A stretch of DNA of 64,000 bases, taken from Alphaproteobacteria bacterium. Lineage in GTDB: Bacteria > Pseudomonadota > Alphaproteobacteria > Rs-D84. The position numbers and the translations under genes were made by a program. The notes below the pieces were generated by a model. That model ran no database searches, was not told where the DNA came from, and saw nothing but the letters and a program-made list of their open reading frames with translations. The DNA lies in the NCBI GenBank assembly GCA_017630405.1, contig JAGBVH010000015.1, forward strand, positions 17,026 to 81,025, read 5' to 3'. This document shows, piece after piece, positions 58,714 through 64,000 of this stretch. Each line of letters starts with the position of its first letter. Positions within the stretch are counted from its first letter, which is position 1.

Positions 58714-58884
58714 TTGTTTACTCCTTGCTTGTTAGTACATGTCTTATTGAAAGAGCGGGGTTTTTCCAACCCCGCCCTTAAAATTTTATTTAAGAACAAG
58801 CATATTATAGCCCTGAAATACCAAAACGCAAGAAAAATATTAAATATTTGACGGTTTCGGTTTTGGGTTATATACTTGGGTATT

Positions 58885-59943
58885 ATGAGGATTATAAGTC
58901 GATATTTTTTACGACAATTGGTTGCGATTTTTATCATGCTGCTGCTGGTTTTGACGGGGCTGGCATGGATGATGCAAATTATGTCAATGATGAAGTTCCT
59001 GTTAAAGTATGGTATTAACCTTGGGGACTTTTTGGGTATGACAGCATTGATGATACCGTTTATCATGTCGATTATTGTGCCATTTGTCACATTTATCGCG
59101 GTAATTTTTGTTTATAACAAATTGATTTCTGATAATGAAATAACTGTTATGGCGGCATCTGGGTTGTCCCCGCGTCAGATTGCGCGCCCTGCTTTAATTT
59201 TGGCAACAGTACTGACTGTATTGAATTTAGTACTTAATATTTGGATGGTGCCGGCTTCTCAGGCCAAGTTTTATGATACGCAGTGGAATTTAAAGTATGG
59301 TATGGCGCATATGAAATTACAAGAAGCGTCATTCACAGATATTGCGGACGGCTTGGTTGTTTATGTGGACAAAGTATCTGGTCATGATTTAAATCAGGTT
59401 ATGTTGTCTGATACTCGCGATGAAAAATCTCCAAGTATGATATTTGCAGAAAAGGGAAAATTGGTAACGACTGCGCGTGGGTTGTCTTTGGTTATGACTA
59501 ATGGTTCGCTTCAGGCAATGGGCGATAATTCTATAACTGGCACATTTGAAACATTTGATATGGACCTTAATGTCGAAGAAAAAGAAGGCAGCACATCATT
59601 CAAGGTTCGTCGTGTTCCAACGGGCGAGTTGTTGCGTGTGGTATTTGATGCAGAAACAAAAAAACAGCACAAAATGATTTTGGCCGAAATGTGTAACAGA
59701 TTTTTAAGCCCAATAATGAACCTTATATTGACTATATTATGTGTGACTATATTGCTGCGTTCATCGCTGTTGCGTCGTCGCGCAAGTTTTGCGCCGGTTG
59801 TCGCTGTTGCGTCTATGGCGGCTGTTATGGCGGTTTATATGTCTGCGTCTAATATCATAGGCAGTATGACTGGATTTTGTGTTTTGTCCTTGGGGCTGGG
59901 GTTGTTATTTATGGTAATTTGGTTTATATTGTCCAAGAAATGA
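58885..59943 (+). CDS. lptF: LPS export ABC permease, LptF/LptG family
   Basis: MRIISRYFLRQL..., six TMs and a periplasmic beta-jellyroll insert. Start set at the ATG at 58885. Confidence 0.78.
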   Translation: MRIISRYFLRQLVAIFIMLLLVLTGLAWMMQIMSMMKFLLKYGINLGDFLGMTALMIPFIMSIIVPFVTFIAVIFVYNKLISDNEITVMAASGLSPRQIARPALILATVLTVLNLVLNIWMVPASQAKFYDTQWNLKYGMAHMKLQEASFTDIADGLVVYVDKVSGHDLNQVMLSDTRDEKSPSMIFAEKGKLVTTARGLSLVMTNGSLQAMGDNSITGTFETFDMDLNVEEKEGSTSFKVRRVPTGELLRVVFDAETKKQHKMILAEMCNRFLSPIMNLILTILCVTILLRSSLLRRRASFAPVVAVASMAAVMAVYMSASNIIGSMTGFCVLSLGLGLLFMVIWFILSKK

Positions 59944-61952
59944 AAAAATTAGGTTTAATCTTTTTATCTTTTTTTGTTCCATATACCTCATATGGCTTGG
60001 CCCTTGATACCGAAGGTCCTAAAACAATAATCGCCGATAAAATAGAATATGATGTTAATTCAGAGACAATAAAAACAACTGGAAATACCGAAATCGTAAA
60101 CCAGTCTGGTCAGCGTATGACATTGACAGACTCGTATCTTAGTAAAAATGGCGAAAGTATATCCGGTGATGAAATTCGTATGTGGCTGGGTAATCATGTC
60201 TATGTTGAATCTCAGAATATTACGCGTGATGGTGACATAACGACCGCTCACAAGGCATTGTTTACGGCGTGTGATGGGTGTGATTGTTTTGGTAACGCAT
60301 GGGAAATATGGGCATATAAAATTGTTCATGACATGGATTCTCGTATGTTAAAGTTTTATAGTCCGGTAATGAAGGCATACAGTATCCCTGTGTTTTGGGT
60401 TCCTTACTTTGAAATGCCGGACCCTGGTGTAAAACACAAGACAGGTTTTTTGATGCCTGATTTTAATTCAACCAATAAAATGGGAACCCAGATAAATGTC
60501 CCGTTTTATATCGCGCTATCGGATACGCATGATATTACACTTACTGCATCATACCTGACTCAGGAAAATCCACTGTTTCAGGTTGAACATCGTCTTAACA
60601 TAGACCATGGCGAATTCAGAACCCAAGGGTCGTTTACCAGAAACAAACTTGGTGAAAATCGTTGGCACATTTTCAATGATGATGTCATAGAACTTGGTGA
60701 AAATGCGCGTGCAACAATATTCCTTGAAAGAACATCTGATAAAACATATCTGCAGAAATATGGTTTTTATAGCGACCAGCCATATTTGGATTCTGGTGCC
60801 AAATTGGAATTATTTGGTCAAAGCAGTTATATAGTTGCAGACACCCACATCTTCCAAGAATTGCGTGAATCATATGGCAATCACTCCAAGGCCCAAGGTG
60901 ATATTTTGCCGAATATCCGTGCGGTACATCAAACCGCCCCATTGTTTGGTGAAACCTATGCGACATTCAGTGCGGATGTACTTGGTATTTCTGGCAAATC
61001 ATCATCGTCTCAGCGTATGATTGGTGATGCGCGTCTTACAACACCTTGGACATTATGGGGTGGGAATCGCCTGACGGCCAGTATATCAACGCGTTATGAC
61101 CTTTATCATTTTGATAATACCGAATTGGTGGGTAATGAAATTTATTCTGGGTTCAAAAACAGATTCTTGCCCAGTGGTTATATTGAATGGGGATTGCCAT
61201 TGTTCAAGCCAGCATCTGGTTGGACACAAACGATTGAGCCACGTGCCCGTCTTACCATTATGCGCAATACAGACGAAGATTATTTTGCGGTATTCAATGA
61301 TTCTGATGGTGCGTTCTTGACGGATACCACATTGTTTTCAAACAATCGTTTTTCAGGTCTTGATTTATGGGAAAATGGAACTTTTGCTGATTATGGTGTT
61401 CGCTGGTCTGCGTTTAATTCGGACGGTAAAATGGTCGAAGTTTTCCTTGGTCAAACATATGATTTCAAGGATCGCGCCAATATCGATCCGGCCAGTGGAT
61501 TCCACAACGGCGCATCTGATTATGTTGGGCGCATTGGGTATAATAATTCAAACTGGCTGAATATCGCCACTCGTTTCAGATTGGGGCAGGAAAGTTTGGA
61601 ATTGCGTCATATGGAAACAATGGCCAATATCGGTAAAAATGGAACATTCTTAAATATCGGTCATATGTGGTCGCAACAGTTTGTAGAAGAACAAGCGCTG
61701 GATAACGATATTAACGAAGCAATTATCGGTGCGGGATTGCGTTTAAGCAACAGATGGTCTGTGCGCTGGAATGCGATTTATAATATGGAGGTTGGCGAAT
61801 TCCAACGACACACAGGTGGTCTGTTCTATAACCATCCATGCTATTATGTTTCGGTTGAATACAGACGCGATAACGCCATCAGGGCAGACTATGTTGGTAA
61901 TACCACATTCCAGTTCAGATTTGGTATGGCTGTCGAAGGTCAACAATATTAA
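59940..61952 (+). CDS. lptD: LPS-assembly outer-membrane protein LptD
   Basis: Signal peptide MKKLGLIFLSFFVPYTSYG, an OstA-like N-domain and a large barrel (…HKTGFLMPDF…). ATGA-coupled to lptF. Confidence 0.85.
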   Translation: MKKLGLIFLSFFVPYTSYGLALDTEGPKTIIADKIEYDVNSETIKTTGNTEIVNQSGQRMTLTDSYLSKNGESISGDEIRMWLGNHVYVESQNITRDGDITTAHKALFTACDGCDCFGNAWEIWAYKIVHDMDSRMLKFYSPVMKAYSIPVFWVPYFEMPDPGVKHKTGFLMPDFNSTNKMGTQINVPFYIALSDTHDITLTASYLTQENPLFQVEHRLNIDHGEFRTQGSFTRNKLGENRWHIFNDDVIELGENARATIFLERTSDKTYLQKYGFYSDQPYLDSGAKLELFGQSSYIVADTHIFQELRESYGNHSKAQGDILPNIRAVHQTAPLFGETYATFSADVLGISGKSSSSQRMIGDARLTTPWTLWGGNRLTASISTRYDLYHFDNTELVGNEIYSGFKNRFLPSGYIEWGLPLFKPASGWTQTIEPRARLTIMRNTDEDYFAVFNDSDGAFLTDTTLFSNNRFSGLDLWENGTFADYGVRWSAFNSDGKMVEVFLGQTYDFKDRANIDPASGFHNGASDYVGRIGYNNSNWLNIATRFRLGQESLELRHMETMANIGKNGTFLNIGHMWSQQFVEEQALDNDINEAIIGAGLRLSNRWSVRWNAIYNMEVGEFQRHTGGLFYNHPCYYVSVEYRRDNAIRADYVGNTTFQFRFGMAVEGQQY

Positions 61953-61973
61953 TAAAACCCCAAGGAAAGCGAG

Positions 61974-62801
61974 ATGAAGTATATATCTGCATTATTTACA
62001 AGCATTTTATGTATGACAATAATGCCACTGAATGCTGCAACGGTGGTTGCGAGTGTGAACGGTACACCTATTACTGATACCGATATAACTGCGCGAACAA
62101 CACTTATGGCCAAGCAGGGAAAAACTTCAACAGACAATCGTCGTGTTGCGTTACAAAATATTATTGATGATAATGTTAAAACCACATATGCGGCAAATTT
62201 TAATGCAGTTCCCGAAGACAGCGTTGTTGATAAAGAATTAAAGAAAATGAATCTTGGCGATTTAAGTGGTGCGGAACGTGATATGGCTCGCAGCGCTTTG
62301 CGTGCAGAAATCGCATGGCAAATTATTATTGGTCGTACGATATTGCCAACTGTAAAAATATCGGATGAAGATATTGCATCTGAACGCAATGGGCTGGCGC
62401 GCGAACATGGGCTGCCGATTGAGATGACAATTGTTCGCCTGACAGATATTCCAGCAGATATAGCAGCAAAATTAACCAAGCCTAAAAACTGTGATGATGC
62501 GGTTGAAATGGCGGAAAAACTGGGTGGTGTTCCCCAGAAGTTTTCCGCGCTTCAGTATGAACTTTCCGCAGATATTCGCGAACGCGTGGCGACATTACCT
62601 GTATTGACCTGGTCCCCGCGTCAGGATGATTCTGTATTGTTAGTCTGTTCTACAAAAAAGACATCAGAATATAAAGGTCTGGACAAGGTTATAAAACAAA
62701 ATGCTGAATATAAACAGGCGATGTTTTTGGCCGACCAGCAATTAAAACAACTGCGCAGAAAGGCGGTAGTTGTGATAAATGATGACAGGTATAAATTATG
62801 A
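61974..62801 (+). CDS. SurA-like periplasmic chaperone (N-terminal chaperone domain only; no parvulin domain evident)
   Basis: Signal peptide and ...VVASVNGTPITDTDI... Its position downstream of lptD supports the call. 275 aa. Confidence 0.55.
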   Translation: MKYISALFTSILCMTIMPLNAATVVASVNGTPITDTDITARTTLMAKQGKTSTDNRRVALQNIIDDNVKTTYAANFNAVPEDSVVDKELKKMNLGDLSGAERDMARSALRAEIAWQIIIGRTILPTVKISDEDIASERNGLAREHGLPIEMTIVRLTDIPADIAAKLTKPKNCDDAVEMAEKLGGVPQKFSALQYELSADIRERVATLPVLTWSPRQDDSVLLVCSTKKTSEYKGLDKVIKQNAEYKQAMFLADQQLKQLRRKAVVVINDDRYKL

Positions 62802-63898
62802 AACCAATATTATTCAATTTAACAGATGGTGAATTAGAACAGTTTATAGTTGAACTGGGACAGCCAAAGTTTCGTGCGAAACAAATTCGCGAATGGCTTA
62901 ATCGTGGTGCGCCGGACTTTTTGTCTATGAAAAATATACCGGAAACATTGCGTACACAGTTACAGGAAACTGCGCAAACTTTACCTGTTCGTATAATAAA
63001 GAAATTGGAATCATCGGATGGCGAAACAACCAAATTTTTGTTGGAACTGGACGATGGCGAACAGATAGAATCTGTGTTAATGCGCACAACATACGGCAAC
63101 AGTGTTTGTGTCAGTTCTCAGGCTGGTTGTGCGATGGGTTGTAAATTCTGTGCCAGTACATTGTTGGGCTTAAAGCGCAACTTGTCGGCAAACGAAATTT
63201 ATTCACAAATCTTGGTTGCACAATGGGAACTGCGTTCAGATAAATTCAAGGATAGACCAATCAAGCCAAATGGCGATGCGAATAATGGGGATGTTTCACA
63301 CATTGTCGTAATGGGAACAGGCGAGCCACTTCAGAATACGGAAAATGTAATTGGTTTTATCGAACGCGCAAACAGCGATATGGGAATTGGCTGGCGCAGA
63401 ATAACTGTTTCCACATGCGGTATTGTTCCAGGCATAGACAGGTTAATTGAATGGGGACGACCAATCAATCTGGCGATATCTTTGCATGCACCAACTGATG
63501 AATTGCGTTGTCAAATTATGCCAATTAACAATCGCTATAAATTGGCCGAGGTTCTGGATGCTGCTTGGCGCTTTACCGACCTACATAATCGTCAGTTGAT
63601 GATTGAATATATATTGCTTGGTAAAAAAGATGAAAATGGCGAAACAATTTTGTATAACGCCACGCCAGACCATGCGGAAAAGTTATCAGAACTGTTGCGT
63701 GGGAAAAATTGTATGGTGAACCTGATACCGTGGAACGCTGTGGACGAACGCGACTTTGCGTCCCTATCTGGTAATGCGGTTCACAGATTCCAAGATATAT
63801 TGATAAAAAATGGCGTACACACACGAATTCGTCGTGAACGCGGAACAGATATCGGCTCGGCCTGTGGTCAGTTAAGATTGAATAACGCAAAAAAATAA
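62798..63898 (+). CDS. rlmN: 23S rRNA/tRNA m2A methyltransferase RlmN (radical SAM)
   Basis: FRAKQIREW and the radical-SAM cluster CAMGCKFCAS, with ...GSACGQL at the C-terminus. Confidence 0.9.
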   Translation: MKPILFNLTDGELEQFIVELGQPKFRAKQIREWLNRGAPDFLSMKNIPETLRTQLQETAQTLPVRIIKKLESSDGETTKFLLELDDGEQIESVLMRTTYGNSVCVSSQAGCAMGCKFCASTLLGLKRNLSANEIYSQILVAQWELRSDKFKDRPIKPNGDANNGDVSHIVVMGTGEPLQNTENVIGFIERANSDMGIGWRRITVSTCGIVPGIDRLIEWGRPINLAISLHAPTDELRCQIMPINNRYKLAEVLDAAWRFTDLHNRQLMIEYILLGKKDENGETILYNATPDHAEKLSELLRGKNCMVNLIPWNAVDERDFASLSGNAVHRFQDILIKNGVHTRIRRERGTDIGSACGQLRLNNAKK

Positions 63899-63920
63899 AA
63901 CCGCCATTTGGCGGTTTTTA
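63893..63920. terminator. Bidirectional terminator (rlmN / ompA-like)
   Basis: AAAACCGCC-ATTT-GGCGGTTTTT. Confidence 0.6.
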
Positions 63921-63925
63921 TACGA

Positions 63926-64000
63926 TTATTTGTTTGGAATAATTTTGATTTCAACACGACGGTTTTGTGTGCGTCCGGCATCTGTCGCGTTTGAAGCGAT
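63926..64000 (-). CDS. C-terminal end of an OmpA/MotB-domain protein (runs off the right edge)
   Basis: The minus strand reads ...IASNATDAGRTQNRRVEIKIIPNK*. NRRVEI is the hallmark end of OmpA-like domains. Confidence 0.55.
   Translation of the reverse strand: MASNATDAGRTQNRRVEIKIIPNK

Noticed and set aside
58521-59090. A 189-aa minus-strand ORF might be a candidate rimP upstream of nusA.
   Set aside because: It overlaps the nusA 5' end and the lptF 5' end in wrong frames. Its sequence is I/N/K-rich junk with no RimP-like features.
61949-62479. A 176-aa minus-strand ORF lies antisense to the surA-like gene.
   Set aside because: It is a shadow ORF. The + frame has a signal peptide, a SurA-like N-domain and operon context (lptD-surA-rlmN).

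Overview
This is a 64-kb chromosomal window from an AT-rich Gram-negative bacterium. It is probably an alphaproteobacterium with a streamlined genome. That placement is an inference from an SspB-alpha-type adaptor with a C-terminal '...SLDEFRKNK' tail, DUF374-lpxK linkage, def-fmt...truA linkage and a type-B L36. I support about 63 CDS, 3 tRNAs (fMet, Cys, and a Met/Ile2-class CAU tRNA) and many A-tract/hairpin/T-tract terminators.

Most genes are housekeeping:
- Replication and repair: gyrB, ung, topA, dnaG, recF, rmuC.
- Envelope: lpxC, lpxK, pagL-like, lptF, lptD, surA-like, pal, tolC.
- Cell shape: mreC, mreD, mrdA, rodA.
- dTDP-rhamnose synthesis: rfbACDB.
- Translation: rpmI, rplT, pheST, infC, infB, nusA, def, fmt, truA, der, ychF, rlmN.
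- Other: pyrG, comEC.

Non-core content worth a second look:
1. A G-poor left-edge segment with Cys-rich ORFs lies next to a 23-nt duplicate of a tRNA 3' end. That duplicate brackets a GC-rich, terminator-flanked 150-nt element.
2. An HTH plus RusA-motif two-gene cassette.
3. A four-gene type IVb-pilus-like inner-membrane core (PilO/P/Q/R order) with no pilin, secretin or prepilin peptidase in the window.
4. An orphan virB3-virB4 pair translationally coupled to a secreted HExxH protein. It sits behind a repeat-dense 310-bp control region.
5. Two tandem paralogous 8-Cys mini-proteins wedged inside the def-fmt-truA operon.

No CRISPR array, IS element, transposase or integrase was seen. All function calls come from motif and architecture recognition by eye; no database search was possible. 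Coordinates located by hand (tRNAs, promoters, terminators, rpmJ, edge fragments) may be off by 1-2 nt.
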